Shown: positions 28,090 through 38,340 of the stretch, one piece after another
Position numbering within the stretch: position 1 is the stretch's first letter
Layout: each line of letters starts with the position of its first letter
Origin: Candidatus Heimdallarchaeota archaeon
GTDB taxonomy: Archaea > Asgardarchaeota > Heimdallarchaeia > Heimdallarchaeales > Heimdallarchaeaceae
Length of the DNA stretch: 64,000 nt
Direction: 5' to 3'
NCBI GenBank assembly: GCA_016839945.1
Contig: JAEOTE010000027.1
Coordinates: forward strand, 1-64,000
Translations under genes and position numbers: made by a program
The notes under the pieces: generated by a model
What the model saw: the letters and a program-made list of their open reading frames with translations, nothing else
Told to the model about the DNA's origin: nothing
Databases searched by the model: none

Positions 28090-29016
28090 ATGATTTCTGA
28101 ACCTACTAGAAAGCATATTACCAATGCTTCGTTATTTGCTGTATTATCGAAGATGGTGAGTATGGCAGTTGCTTTCTTCCAAACAGGTTCAGCCTTAGTC
28201 TATATCAATTTGGTTTTTGGAGTACTCTTCTATTTATCTGTGATATGGATAGGTTATGGATTGTGGTTATTTTATAAAGATGAAAATAATATAAAACTTC
28301 AATATGTGAGTTTGTTAGTGGCTATAGGAGGAATACTTGCTATCCCTATAGAGATTGTTAATCTTTTAGTTAAAACTGAAATAATAACAACAAATAATAC
28401 TGGTACTATACTCTCTATGATATCGAAAAGTCTCCCAGCAATTGGTTTACTTGTAGGTTTTATTATATTGAAAAGTATTTTAGATTCATTTGTTCCTGCT
28501 AGAAGAAATATCTTCAAAGGGCAATTATCTTTACCTATTGGTTTTGCAATGACAGCAATTTATGTAATTGTATTAACTATTGTACCACTTGAAACAATGG
28601 TTATAGAAGTAGATGGGCAGAATCAAATAAAAAGTGAGTATCTTTATCTTTACTATTTTGTTAGTTTTTTGGAAATGGGAATGATTGTAATGGTTGTATT
28701 AGGATTCTGGTATTTAAGAAAGACTTTTCTAATGTTGGATAAGGTACCAAAAGAGTATTTTGAAAGAAAAAAGCAAGTGGAAGAGTATCCAGCTCAAAGA
28801 TCTTATCCTGGAACATTTACAAGATTTTCTAGAACTCGAAGTCCAATAGTTCCCCCCTCAGCTGCTAAGAGTGAACCGGAAATTATTGATACCACGAGTA
28901 GTTCTGAGGTTATTTCTAAGAAAAAAATGTTTTGCGTTAAATGTGGTCTTGAACTTGAAGAAGATGCAGCTTTTTGTGCAAATTGCGGAGAAAAGAATCC
29001 ATATTTAATAAAATAG
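28090..29016 (+). CDS. 6-TM membrane protein with C-terminal zinc ribbon (paralogue 1)
   Basis: About 6 TM segments, Pro/Ser-rich linker, FCVKCG...FCANCG. Confidence 0.8.
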   Translation: MISEPTRKHITNASLFAVLSKMVSMAVAFFQTGSALVYINLVFGVLFYLSVIWIGYGLWLFYKDENNIKLQYVSLLVAIGGILAIPIEIVNLLVKTEIITTNNTGTILSMISKSLPAIGLLVGFIILKSILDSFVPARRNIFKGQLSLPIGFAMTAIYVIVLTIVPLETMVIEVDGQNQIKSEYLYLYYFVSFLEMGMIVMVVLGFWYLRKTFLMLDKVPKEYFERKKQVEEYPAQRSYPGTFTRFSRTRSPIVPPSAAKSEPEIIDTTSSSEVISKKKMFCVKCGLELEEDAAFCANCGEKNPYLIK

Positions 29017-29739
29017 GTGAGGATGATGAAAGTTTCTGAGGATGTTGCAAAGCATTTGTTTTACACAACTTGGGTTCTAATGGTACTCCAAATGCTTAAA
29101 GTTCTAAATACAACATTTCTAGGAATTTATGTCCCTCTTTTAGTAAATATTGTAGACGTTGCATTTGATTGTGCACTTATTCTCTTAGCAATAGGGATCA
29201 TGCGTTTAGGAAAAGAAATAGAGAACATCAAGAAATGGATAGTGTCTAGTATTGCACTAATAATCGCAGGAGGAGTTGATATAATTACTTTAATTCTTTC
29301 ATACAGCTTTCCTAATGAATCTTGGATTTTGGCTCCTTTCTTATACATAAGACTAGCTTTACTTATCTTTTATCTTGTTGCTTTACCTATTGCTTTTGCT
29401 TATATTAAATTCCATATAGATGATTTAGAAGAGATGAATATAATTCCAAGAAAAGGTAGATTTTTCATTCCAGCTGGTTATTTACTACAAATCTATCCTT
29501 ATCTTATTCCTTGGATTGGAGATTATATGAATCCAAAAATTTTACCTCCAATAGTATCAAATCTTGGATTATTCTTCATACTTATCTCAGCATTTCTAAT
29601 TATAGTAGGTTTTCTAGAACTAACAGTTGTTGTAAAAATGATACTAAAAGGATATACAGGTGAGGAATTTATTAAAAACGAAATTCAATTTTCTGCTGAA
29701 GAAACTATCGACCAAAAAATAGAAGGTGATGAGAATTAA
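29017..29739 (+). CDS. 6-TM membrane protein (paralogue 2)
   Basis: Same TM spacing as its neighbours; abuts the upstream stop. Confidence 0.75.
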   Translation: MRMMKVSEDVAKHLFYTTWVLMVLQMLKVLNTTFLGIYVPLLVNIVDVAFDCALILLAIGIMRLGKEIENIKKWIVSSIALIIAGGVDIITLILSYSFPNESWILAPFLYIRLALLIFYLVALPIAFAYIKFHIDDLEEMNIIPRKGRFFIPAGYLLQIYPYLIPWIGDYMNPKILPPIVSNLGLFFILISAFLIIVGFLELTVVVKMILKGYTGEEFIKNEIQFSAEETIDQKIEGDEN

Positions 29740-30409
29740 TAGACTTCAAGTATCAAAATTATTTACAAGTGGAACTATGATGGTGTTTGTATTTTATGTA
29801 ATATTAGCAATTTTTTCAGTTGGATTACGTAATACAAGTTTACCAGGTTTAACTGCTATTCAATTACTCTTTCTTCCTATAATTATTGGAATTGCAGGAA
29901 TTGGATATGGAGCATATCATCTCAGTTTTGACGAAAAAGAACCTTGGAAAAGTGGTAAAATAATCTTCTATATTATTACAATAGGAATAATATCTTTACT
30001 ATTTGGTCAAATTGGATTAATTATAGCTGGATATGATGATGTGCAAGAGGTTGCTATACGTCCAGATTTTGTAATTGTAGGAAATGTCTTAATGATACTA
30101 TCCTGCCTAGTTCTTGCAGTTAGTTTCTTTTTCTTGCATAAGCAGCTACGTGAGATGTATTTCAAAAAAATCTTCATTAAGATTCCGAATTGGTTCACAG
30201 TATTTTCTTACCTCTTACAAGCAGTTGCATATATTTTATTCTTTACCGCTTATTTCACTACTCAAGGGAATACACAAACAATTTTGGATGCTATTGGCAT
30301 TGGAACTGCTGTAGTTGCTTTAATATTCCTATTAGTAGGTTTTATTCCAATCAACATATCTTTTAGAACATATTCACATTTAGTAGAGGATGAAGAATTA
30401 CGAAAATAA
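29726..30409 (+). CDS. 6-TM membrane protein (paralogue 3)
   Basis: Same TM pattern; overlaps the upstream gene end. Confidence 0.75.
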   Translation: MMRINRLQVSKLFTSGTMMVFVFYVILAIFSVGLRNTSLPGLTAIQLLFLPIIIGIAGIGYGAYHLSFDEKEPWKSGKIIFYIITIGIISLLFGQIGLIIAGYDDVQEVAIRPDFVIVGNVLMILSCLVLAVSFFFLHKQLREMYFKKIFIKIPNWFTVFSYLLQAVAYILFFTAYFTTQGNTQTILDAIGIGTAVVALIFLLVGFIPINISFRTYSHLVEDEELRK

Positions 30410-30414
30410 GAAAA

Positions 30415-31284
30415 TTATTTTTGAGATGAAAGAAGAGCATGTGATGTCTGGATTAAATCGTTGATTTTTCTTTCTATATGTTCAGGATTTGATAATATTG
30501 CAAAGGAAACTTGAAAATTAGTTGCTCCTTCTGTTAAAAAGATAATTTCGGTTAGAGAATTAGCAATTTCATTGAGTTTCTCTGTTTCATCATCCTTTAA
30601 AATAGCTAGAAAAGATACAAAAATATCTGTATCTCTTTTAGTTTTTAGGTAATCAACAGTTTTCTTCATTTTGTTAACTTGATGTAGGTCTAAAGGTTCG
30701 AAAATAAAAAGAAAACCTTCTGCTAGCTCAAACAATAAAGGAGCTAAAGAAACCAGATCTCTTTTGTAATCAATTATCGACATTTGGCATGAAAAAACAT
30801 CATTTCCAATCGTCTTTTCAAAATTGATTGGTTCATACCCTCCCATAAATTGATAATCAGTCTGAGCTCCTTCTTTTGAAAAATACTTATCTATAACTTT
30901 CTGAACAAGAAAATTATCTCCATAAACAGATATTTTCACTTTAGGTTGTTCATCTGTTACTAATCTGACAGGGGAAGTATCCTTTGTTACTTCACTTTTT
31001 TGTGTTTGAACTTTTGAAAAGCTATCCGGTTCAGTGTTTTGATGCCAATTTATGAAATTATTCTTGATTTCCTCTTTTGCATCTATAACTAATTCAGGTG
31101 TTATAGAAACCTTTTTCTCATAAATAGACAGCCCATAAGCCATTGGTAGTGTTTTTATGAAATTAGATAAGGCAGTCGAATCAATATCTATTATAGATGA
31201 GAGAATATCTAAATCCCAGACATTCTTTTTTTCTATTAAAGACAACAAATGCTCTGCTAACGATTTTTCTTTTTCCATGCTCAT
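30415..31284 (-). CDS. Winged-helix-like N-terminal domain plus P-loop-less small-GTPase-like domain
   Basis: KVKISVYGDN (no GKT), Y..MGG, CQMSIID, LAPLLFELAEGFLFIFEP mirror the Ras-fold strands. Confidence 0.55.
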   Translation of the reverse strand: MSMEKEKSLAEHLLSLIEKKNVWDLDILSSIIDIDSTALSNFIKTLPMAYGLSIYEKKVSITPELVIDAKEEIKNNFINWHQNTEPDSFSKVQTQKSEVTKDTSPVRLVTDEQPKVKISVYGDNFLVQKVIDKYFSKEGAQTDYQFMGGYEPINFEKTIGNDVFSCQMSIIDYKRDLVSLAPLLFELAEGFLFIFEPLDLHQVNKMKKTVDYLKTKRDTDIFVSFLAILKDDETEKLNEIANSLTEIIFLTEGATNFQVSFAILSNPEHIERKINDLIQTSHALLSSQK

Positions 31285-31386
31285 TACACTATCTGTTTTT
31301 TATAGTTTAAAATATTTTCTTAAGTTTGTTAATTGCATTAAAGTTTTAAAGATATACTAGTTGTAATTTTAAGCAACGGTGGAAAA

Positions 31387-32331
31387 ATGGTTCTTTTTGC
31401 AGACTTTCAATGGTGGACATATATTGCTCTGTTTGGTGCAGGACTAGTCAGTGGGGCAGTTTCACCTACTTTTGGCATAGGAGGGGGTCTTTTGAATGTC
31501 CCTATCTTGCTACTTGGATTTTCTTACCTTTTAGGTAGTGATCCTGGAAGCACTGCTACAGCTACCTCTCTAGGAGTAATTTTATTTACAGCATTGAGTG
31601 GTTCAATTTCTTACATTAGAGAAAGAAGAATTGATTTTCGAATTGCCTTAACGTTCATGATTTTTGCAATTCCTGGAGCTGTTTCTGGAGGTTTATTCTC
31701 AAATTGGTTGAAGGAACAAAACTATGAGACTGATGTATTTCAAATTATATTTGCATGCACAATGATAGTTATCGCAATTTACAAAATAACAACAATCTTT
31801 CTTCAACGGAGAAAGAAGAAAAAAGATCTTATTTCTGAAGATGATGAGTGCATGGAGTTAGAATGTGATGAAGAGCAACAAAATAAGCCTTTGTGGAAAC
31901 AAACTGTGTTATACCGCGATTTTGAAGATAAAAGAGGTATAAAATTTACATACAAAGCTAAACTAATCCCAGGTATTTTCATAGCATCCGTAGGAGGTTT
32001 TATTGGAGCAACTCTAGGGCTTGGTGGTGGTATTATCTATGTTCCTATTCTAACTATGGCTCTTGGTATTCCTGCAGCGATTGCAACAGCAACGTCAACG
32101 TTTACCATTTTATTTGCTACACCTTTTGCAGTTGGTATTAGATCAATTGATAATATAATACGTTGGGATATTGTCTTCTGCATGGCAGCTGGAACTGTCA
32201 TTACAGCTAATATAGTACCTAGGTTTCTCCACAAAATTAAATCCGAATTTATCTTAACAGGTTTTTGGGTGATTGCTATAGGGGCAGCAATTAGACTTTT
32301 AATTAAAGTTTTAACTGAAGCCAATATCTAA
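31387..32331 (+). CDS. TauE/SafE family sulfite/sulfur-compound exporter
   Basis: Two GxGGG..xVP repeats (GIGGGLLNVP, GLGGGIIYVP), ATATS twice, about 8 TM. Confidence 0.9.
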   Translation: MVLFADFQWWTYIALFGAGLVSGAVSPTFGIGGGLLNVPILLLGFSYLLGSDPGSTATATSLGVILFTALSGSISYIRERRIDFRIALTFMIFAIPGAVSGGLFSNWLKEQNYETDVFQIIFACTMIVIAIYKITTIFLQRRKKKKDLISEDDECMELECDEEQQNKPLWKQTVLYRDFEDKRGIKFTYKAKLIPGIFIASVGGFIGATLGLGGGIIYVPILTMALGIPAAIATATSTFTILFATPFAVGIRSIDNIIRWDIVFCMAAGTVITANIVPRFLHKIKSEFILTGFWVIAIGAAIRLLIKVLTEANI

Positions 32332-33651
32332 TCATTTAATGATAGCTCTAATCCTGTAACCCTTTTTCAACACATCAGGAATAGGGATAGGTTGTCCTTT
32401 TTCATCATAAACCATTGTTACTTGGCAATGAAAATTGTTTTCCACAACTGAACGTTTCTTGTCTTCTTTCATTTCCATCATAAAGAATGATTTTGACCCT
32501 TGTCTATACAATTCTGGAGACTTAAACTCTATATTAGACCATCTTTCTTCTATTATGTTCAGAATTTTACTACTAGCATAGCCATCACCATATGGATTAC
32601 CAAACTCTTCAAATTTATTCATAAAATCCTCATTTGTTAATGTTTGATTCAAAATTTGAATAATCTCCTTCTCATCAACCTTTACTAGAAAGTTTATCTT
32701 TGATTCTACAGTTTCAGGTCTTTCTGTATTAGGTCTGATTGTAATGCAAGGTTTCTTAAGAATAGAAGCTTCTTCTTGTAAGCCACCTGAATCAGTCAAA
32801 ATTATTTTACATCTATCATCTTTCATTAATCTCAGAATAGATAAATAATCAATAGATGTGTAGATATGTATCTTCTTATTCTCTTGAAGCTTATCATAAA
32901 GATTAAACTCATTCAATTGTTTTTCTGTTCTAGGATGCATCAGGAAGATTATTGGCATTTGAATGAAATTTGATAAAGCATTTGAAATTTCTTTGAGATT
33001 TTGTTTGTTATCTACATTCGATACTCGATGAATTGTACATATGATAAATTCCTCATTTATTTCATCTAGTATTTCTTTTGCTTTAGGTGTGTGTTGTTCA
33101 AAAATATTATCACCATATAGTCTTATGGAATCAACGATGGTGTTACCAGTAAAATAAATTCTTTCAGGGTCTAAACCTTCATAAAGTAAATTAGTTATTG
33201 CTCGTTGAGATGGAACAAATAGAAGCGAAGAGATACTATCTACTAGCTTCCTATTAATCTCTTCTGGCATTGTGTTATCATAAGAACGTAATCCTGCTTC
33301 AATATGTCCAAAAGGAATGTTATTTTGAATACTAGCAAGGCAAGCTGCAACTACACTATTAGTATCCCCCACTGCTAAAACAATACTTGGTTGTGTTTTT
33401 TTTAATTCATCTCCAAGTTTACTAATCATTTCTCCTAATTGTACACTCTTATTCTCTGATTGAATATCTAGATTAATATTTGGTGAAGGTAAAGCTAAGG
33501 AATCAAAAAACTGTTTTGACATTTCTTGACTATAATGTTGTCCTGTGTGAATGATATATATTTGAAGATCACGAACTTTTGCTTCATTTATAATAGGAGC
33601 CATTTTTATTATTTCAGGTCTTGTTCCAACCACTAAAGCTATAGAACCCAT
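32332..33651 (-). CDS. wecB: UDP-N-acetylglucosamine 2-epimerase (non-hydrolysing) with short C-terminal extension
   Basis: GTRPEIIKMAP, HTGQHY, HIEAGLRS, MPEEINR, TDSGGLQEE, TERPE, NPYGDG. Confidence 0.95.
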   Translation of the reverse strand: MGSIALVVGTRPEIIKMAPIINEAKVRDLQIYIIHTGQHYSQEMSKQFFDSLALPSPNINLDIQSENKSVQLGEMISKLGDELKKTQPSIVLAVGDTNSVVAACLASIQNNIPFGHIEAGLRSYDNTMPEEINRKLVDSISSLLFVPSQRAITNLLYEGLDPERIYFTGNTIVDSIRLYGDNIFEQHTPKAKEILDEINEEFIICTIHRVSNVDNKQNLKEISNALSNFIQMPIIFLMHPRTEKQLNEFNLYDKLQENKKIHIYTSIDYLSILRLMKDDRCKIILTDSGGLQEEASILKKPCITIRPNTERPETVESKINFLVKVDEKEIIQILNQTLTNEDFMNKFEEFGNPYGDGYASSKILNIIEERWSNIEFKSPELYRQGSKSFFMMEMKEDKKRSVVENNFHCQVTMVYDEKGQPIPIPDVLKKGYRIRAIIK

Positions 33652-33706
33652 CAATACTTTGTTACCACAAAGGAGAATATAAATCTTAGTGATTTATTAG
33701 TTGAAT

Positions 33707-34789
33707 CTAAGAAATAAGATAAAAGTTCTTTTCCAAAATTTCAAGTAAATATTCTATTTGTTCTTCTGTTGGTAGTTGATTTGCTTCAAAATCCTTCAGA
33801 AAATCATCAATTTGTACTAGAATTGTTTTAGCAGTTTTTTCAAGTAATTTGCTTGATATTTTTGTTTGGATAATCATAATTATCTTATCACTTGCATAAA
33901 ACGATAATGTAGATGTTGTCGTTTTTAATTCTTTAAACTGCTCTTCACTTGTTGTAGCTACATAATCTGAAACGAAATGAAATAATCCTGATAAATATCC
34001 TGAGGCAGCAACGATTTTCTCTTCGAAAGAAATTCTCATACTTCTTAATGGTGAGTATCCTAAGAGAGGATTACCTTCTCTATCAACAAGTAATATTGTT
34101 TCTATGCCATGTGACATCGATTGACTTTGATAAATTGATACAACTGAAACTACTAAAAATGTATAAATAACATCTACAATCTCAAAATATTCCAAATTAT
34201 TCTCTACTAATCTTCGTCTAATTGTAACAATGAATGCAAATCCAATTAACATCAAAATTATAAAGAGGGTAACATCTCTTTTCAGTTTTAATCTTCTTTT
34301 CCTAGAGATTTTTGCGAGTTTCATATATCTTACATATACTCCTATAAAGAGAAAAGCACTTATTAAAATACAAAAACCATAAATGAAGCTGTAGATATCA
34401 GTGTAAATCACATTATAGATTGAAATTGTTAAAGTTTTGAATTCTAAGAGATTAGCTTCTAAAGGTATCAAAACGAAATATAGTACAAAAACTCCAAAAA
34501 TTGCTGTAACAATTCGACTTGCTCTAGAAGGTAAAATCATTGATTGTTCCAAACATGCACCAAACAGAATTATTAAGGATAAAGATTGAAAAATTTGTAA
34601 TAATCTGTATAATGTTGCAGTTTCATAAGTATACTCAAGAGCATCTATTATTATGAAAATTCCATAACTACTGAGAAATAAGGACCAATTAAGGTAAAAT
34701 GGATTTTGCCTTCTTCTTCCCCAATATAGTGTAAGGATTCCTCCCATAATCAACGAAACAGCGAGAATATATTTGATGAATATTTCCAT
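33707..34789 (-). CDS. 7-TM membrane domain fused to a C-terminal longin/roadblock-like domain
   Basis: Seven hydrophobic helices, then ILLVDREGNPLL...SGYLSGLFHFV...FKELK, matching the longin beta-beta-alpha-beta pattern. Confidence 0.65.
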   Translation of the reverse strand: MEIFIKYILAVSLIMGGILTLYWGRRRQNPFYLNWSLFLSSYGIFIIIDALEYTYETATLYRLLQIFQSLSLIILFGACLEQSMILPSRASRIVTAIFGVFVLYFVLIPLEANLLEFKTLTISIYNVIYTDIYSFIYGFCILISAFLFIGVYVRYMKLAKISRKRRLKLKRDVTLFIILMLIGFAFIVTIRRRLVENNLEYFEIVDVIYTFLVVSVVSIYQSQSMSHGIETILLVDREGNPLLGYSPLRSMRISFEEKIVAASGYLSGLFHFVSDYVATTSEEQFKELKTTTSTLSFYASDKIIMIIQTKISSKLLEKTAKTILVQIDDFLKDFEANQLPTEEQIEYLLEILEKNFYLIS

Positions 34790-34880
34790 GTTTAACCCCA
34801 ATTGTTAACCATACCCTAACAAGAAATATATCCTTTGATTCCTTAAAAAATTTCCTAGTACCTTGAAAGATAAAATTTCA

Positions 34881-36545
34881 CTATTTAGTATCTTTATCTT
34901 CTTCGAATTCAGCTTTAGGATCCCAAATTTTACTTACTTTTTTTGTCTTTCTGATATTGAAGAATATGTACACTGAAGCTGAACCTCCCATCAAAATACC
35001 TATTATCCAGAAAGATGCTGAAAATCGACGAGGTTTGATTTTGACATAAAGATTTGCTTCGCTAACATCAGTCACCCAATCCTTTCCATCGAAAACTGCT
35101 ACTTTAAGGTAATATGAACCAGCTTTCACATTTGTAAGATTCCAAGTATATGTGTTATATCCTGTTATGTTTGATGCTAAAACTGTCCAATTCCAACCAT
35201 TCTCTGATATTAGAACTGTACTATTTAATGGATCATTATCTTCGTCATCCATTGCCCAACTGAAATCATAAGTATCATTGTAAGATATTGATCGCGAAGG
35301 GTTGGTAATCTTAACAGCAGGCAGATTGTTTGAATAGGTAAGGTGAGGTTCAGTTGCCATATAAACTAGAGCTGGAAAAACTATTTCACAGTTTGAAATA
35401 ATCCTATCTCCTGGAGGGTTATAATAATCAAAATATGAACCTGTCCATAATGTTTCATAGCTCTCTATAGTTATAGGTACTATATCATAAGCATAATAGC
35501 AATAATCATTCCAAGTCCCTGAAGCTTCGTAACCACCTATTTCAGACCAAGCTGGAAAACCAGTTATTGATTTAAGTTCATCTATGATGGATTGAAATTC
35601 TGCAGCATCTTTCGCAGGGAGAGAGCTGTTATGACCCCAAGGTGCAATAATCGCTTCAATACCGCTATGAAGACTAACTGCAAAATTTATGAAATGAGTT
35701 TTAAGAAAATCTCTCACAATCCTTGTTTCAATCTCGCTAAATGGATATTCTCCTCTATAAAGATCATTAATTTTGTCTGTTGAAGCTCCTCCAGAAACAT
35801 TCCAATAAGCGCCATAGTTTCTGTTTAAATCCACTCCTCCAGGTCTATCTTCTCCTGTAGTACCATCTGCATCTATATGAGTTGCATTTATTTCTGCCAT
35901 GCTTGAAGTCTCATTCCAGAAGTAAACTTCTTCATATTCATCATCCAATCTAGTATCATTATCATCATCAATAGGATGAAGGTTTTTCCTTTGTTCAGGG
36001 AATATATGCATTATAGACACACCATCAGGATTAAGCATTGGGATAACATAAAGTTCAGTAGTTGTGAGCAAATCTTCATATTCTCCATTTTGAAAAGAAT
36101 AAACTAATTTATCAATAAAATACAAGGAATCCTCGACTGAAATCAATTCTCGAGCATGATGAGCTGCATCAACATAGAATTCAGTCTTTGTTTTTGTTAC
36201 TGATTCTTGTGTAATTCTTACACACCAGATATCTCTATCGTGGTATGTTTTACCTAATGAAAAAACTTCAATAATTTCAGGGAAAGAACTATTAAGATTC
36301 TGGAGTTTATCTGTTAGCTCATCATAATTATGATAAGGACCTAAAGACTCTCCCCAAAAAACCACATCATCACTAGGAATGCTACTAGGAGCTCCTAGCA
36401 ATTCATCCCAAATCCAAACATAAGTATCACCATTTTGTTTTCTAATAGGGTATTGAGCTGAAGAAGAAGTTGTTACTTGAAAAAACTGATAATTGATAAG
36501 TAGAAAAATAAACATAAGAGTGTATAAGAAACTCCTTTTTCTCAT
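34881..36545 (-). CDS. Secreted, membrane-anchored M14 zinc carboxypeptidase with Ig-like C-terminal domain
   Basis: HHARE, NPDG, GVDLNRNY, PFSEIET, SLHS, TIES; signal peptide and C-terminal TM. Confidence 0.92.
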   Translation of the reverse strand: MRKRSFLYTLMFIFLLINYQFFQVTTSSSAQYPIRKQNGDTYVWIWDELLGAPSSIPSDDVVFWGESLGPYHNYDELTDKLQNLNSSFPEIIEVFSLGKTYHDRDIWCVRITQESVTKTKTEFYVDAAHHARELISVEDSLYFIDKLVYSFQNGEYEDLLTTTELYVIPMLNPDGVSIMHIFPEQRKNLHPIDDDNDTRLDDEYEEVYFWNETSSMAEINATHIDADGTTGEDRPGGVDLNRNYGAYWNVSGGASTDKINDLYRGEYPFSEIETRIVRDFLKTHFINFAVSLHSGIEAIIAPWGHNSSLPAKDAAEFQSIIDELKSITGFPAWSEIGGYEASGTWNDYCYYAYDIVPITIESYETLWTGSYFDYYNPPGDRIISNCEIVFPALVYMATEPHLTYSNNLPAVKITNPSRSISYNDTYDFSWAMDDEDNDPLNSTVLISENGWNWTVLASNITGYNTYTWNLTNVKAGSYYLKVAVFDGKDWVTDVSEANLYVKIKPRRFSASFWIIGILMGGSASVYIFFNIRKTKKVSKIWDPKAEFEEDKDTK

Positions 36546-36688
36546 CGATTCTATTTTATCGTTAATATTAATAAATCTCTCCCTTTAATTCATAACAACA
36601 AAATTAGTAAAAATGATTTTTAGCTAAAGCCAAATGCTTATAAATCGCTTGTGCGTAGTTGTGCCTAAACCGTAACGAAGTGAAAGTT

Positions 36689-36928
36689 ATGTCAGATTAC
36701 GATATTGCAATTGAAATCGATGCTCGTGGTAGCTTCTGTCCAGGACCAATGATGGAACTCATTAAAGCCATCAGACAAGCTGAAGTTGGAGAATATTTAT
36801 CTCTTCTAAGTTCTGATGAAGGGACTAGAAATGATGTTCCAGCTTGGATAAATAAAGCTAAACATGAACTTTTGGAAATCATCAATGAAGATGGTCACGA
36901 TAGATACATTGTAAAGAAACTACATTGA
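36689..36928 (+). CDS. TusA-family sulfur carrier
   Basis: IDARGSFCPGP, DEGT..DVPAW. Confidence 0.92.
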   Translation: MSDYDIAIEIDARGSFCPGPMMELIKAIRQAEVGEYLSLLSSDEGTRNDVPAWINKAKHELLEIINEDGHDRYIVKKLH

Positions 36929-36937
36929 GGTCTCAGG

Positions 36938-38080
36938 ATGAAGAAAGTTGTTATACTTGGTGGTGGATTTTCAGGGATATCAGTAGCTAATAAATTAGCT
37001 ATGAAAACTAAAAGAAAGGACGTAGGAATCGTTCTTATTGAACCTAGAGATCATTTGGTATATGAACCACAATTATTATTCTGGGCTTTTAAAAACTATC
37101 CTCTATCTAAATTTACTAAACCTGTCACCAAAGTGCTAAATCCTCGAGTAACTTGGATTCAAACTAAAGCAACAAAGATTGATGATACTCAGAGAGCTGT
37201 TGAATTATCTAATGGTGAAACAATCTACTATGATTACTTAATTATTGCAACTGGTGCAAGCATGGAAGAGGATAAAATAGGAGCAACACATGATGATAAT
37301 GTTCATCACTTCTATCTTCCTAAAGCAACTGAAGAACTTCAAAAGTCTTTAAGTAACTTTGAGGGAGGAACAATACTAATCTCCCCAACAACTATACCTT
37401 TTAAGTGTCCTCCTGCTCCAAATGAGTTTGCTTTCCTTTTAGACAACTACCTTAGGAAGAGAGGAATCAGAGATAAAACAAAGATAAAATTTCTATATCC
37501 ACTTCTACGAGCTTACCCAGTACCTTCTGTTGCTGAAAAAATTCAAGAATTATATGAAAAACGTGGAATTGAATTTGTTGAATTTTTCAATTTTGAAAGT
37601 GTAGATAAAGATAACAAAAAAGTAATATCTTTAGAAGGAGATGAATTCGAATACGATATGTTAGTTTTGGTACCTCCTCATGAGGGTCAAGAAGTGATAA
37701 AGAATTCCGGGTTAGGTGACAGAGAAGGATTTGTACATACTGATAGATTTACACTTAAGGTTAAAGAGAAAGAAAATATTTATGCTATTGGTGATTGTAC
37801 TGATTTACCTGTATCAAAATCAGGAGCTGTATCACACTTCTCTTCTGGTACTCTAGTAAAAAACATTCTCTCCGAAATTAAAGGTAAATCTGCGAATCAT
37901 AAATACAATGGCAAAACCATATGCTTTGTAGTAACCTCATTCCGAAGATCTCTATTATTAGATTTTAGTTACAATTATCCTCCAAGAAGATATGGGATAC
38001 ATAACTCGTTCATTTACGGTTTATTCAAAAAAGTGTTCAAAATAGCATTCTTTCAAGTTTTAGTGAAAGGCTATATGTAG
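36938..38080 (+). CDS. sqr: Sulfide:quinone oxidoreductase-like flavoprotein
   Basis: GGGFSG, YDYLIIATG, FKCPPAP.EF, YAIGDCT, SKSG, YNGKTIC (second Cys). Confidence 0.82.
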   Translation: MKKVVILGGGFSGISVANKLAMKTKRKDVGIVLIEPRDHLVYEPQLLFWAFKNYPLSKFTKPVTKVLNPRVTWIQTKATKIDDTQRAVELSNGETIYYDYLIIATGASMEEDKIGATHDDNVHHFYLPKATEELQKSLSNFEGGTILISPTTIPFKCPPAPNEFAFLLDNYLRKRGIRDKTKIKFLYPLLRAYPVPSVAEKIQELYEKRGIEFVEFFNFESVDKDNKKVISLEGDEFEYDMLVLVPPHEGQEVIKNSGLGDREGFVHTDRFTLKVKEKENIYAIGDCTDLPVSKSGAVSHFSSGTLVKNILSEIKGKSANHKYNGKTICFVVTSFRRSLLLDFSYNYPPRRYGIHNSFIYGLFKKVFKIAFFQVLVKGYM

Positions 38081-38090
38081 GTGAAAAAAA

Positions 38091-38330
38091 ATGTCAAATA
38101 TAAAAATAGCAAAAACTCTAGATGCAAGAAACTTGAGTTGTCCCCTCCCTATTCTTAAGACAAAAAAAGCAATAGCTGAAATTGGAATAGGTGACTTTTT
38201 AGAAATTTTAGCAACTGATCCCGGATCAGAATCAGATTTTCAAGCTTGGACTAAATCTACAGGTCATGAGCTTGCAGATCACTCTCAAGATGGTGGGATT
38301 TATCGTTATATAATTAAAAGAACAAAATAG
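38091..38330 (+). CDS. tusA: TusA-family sulfur carrier
   Basis: LDARNLSCPLPILKTKK, ATDPGS..DF.AW...TGHEL. Confidence 0.92.
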   Translation: MSNIKIAKTLDARNLSCPLPILKTKKAIAEIGIGDFLEILATDPGSESDFQAWTKSTGHELADHSQDGGIYRYIIKRTK

Positions 38331-38340
38331 AGGTATTGAA

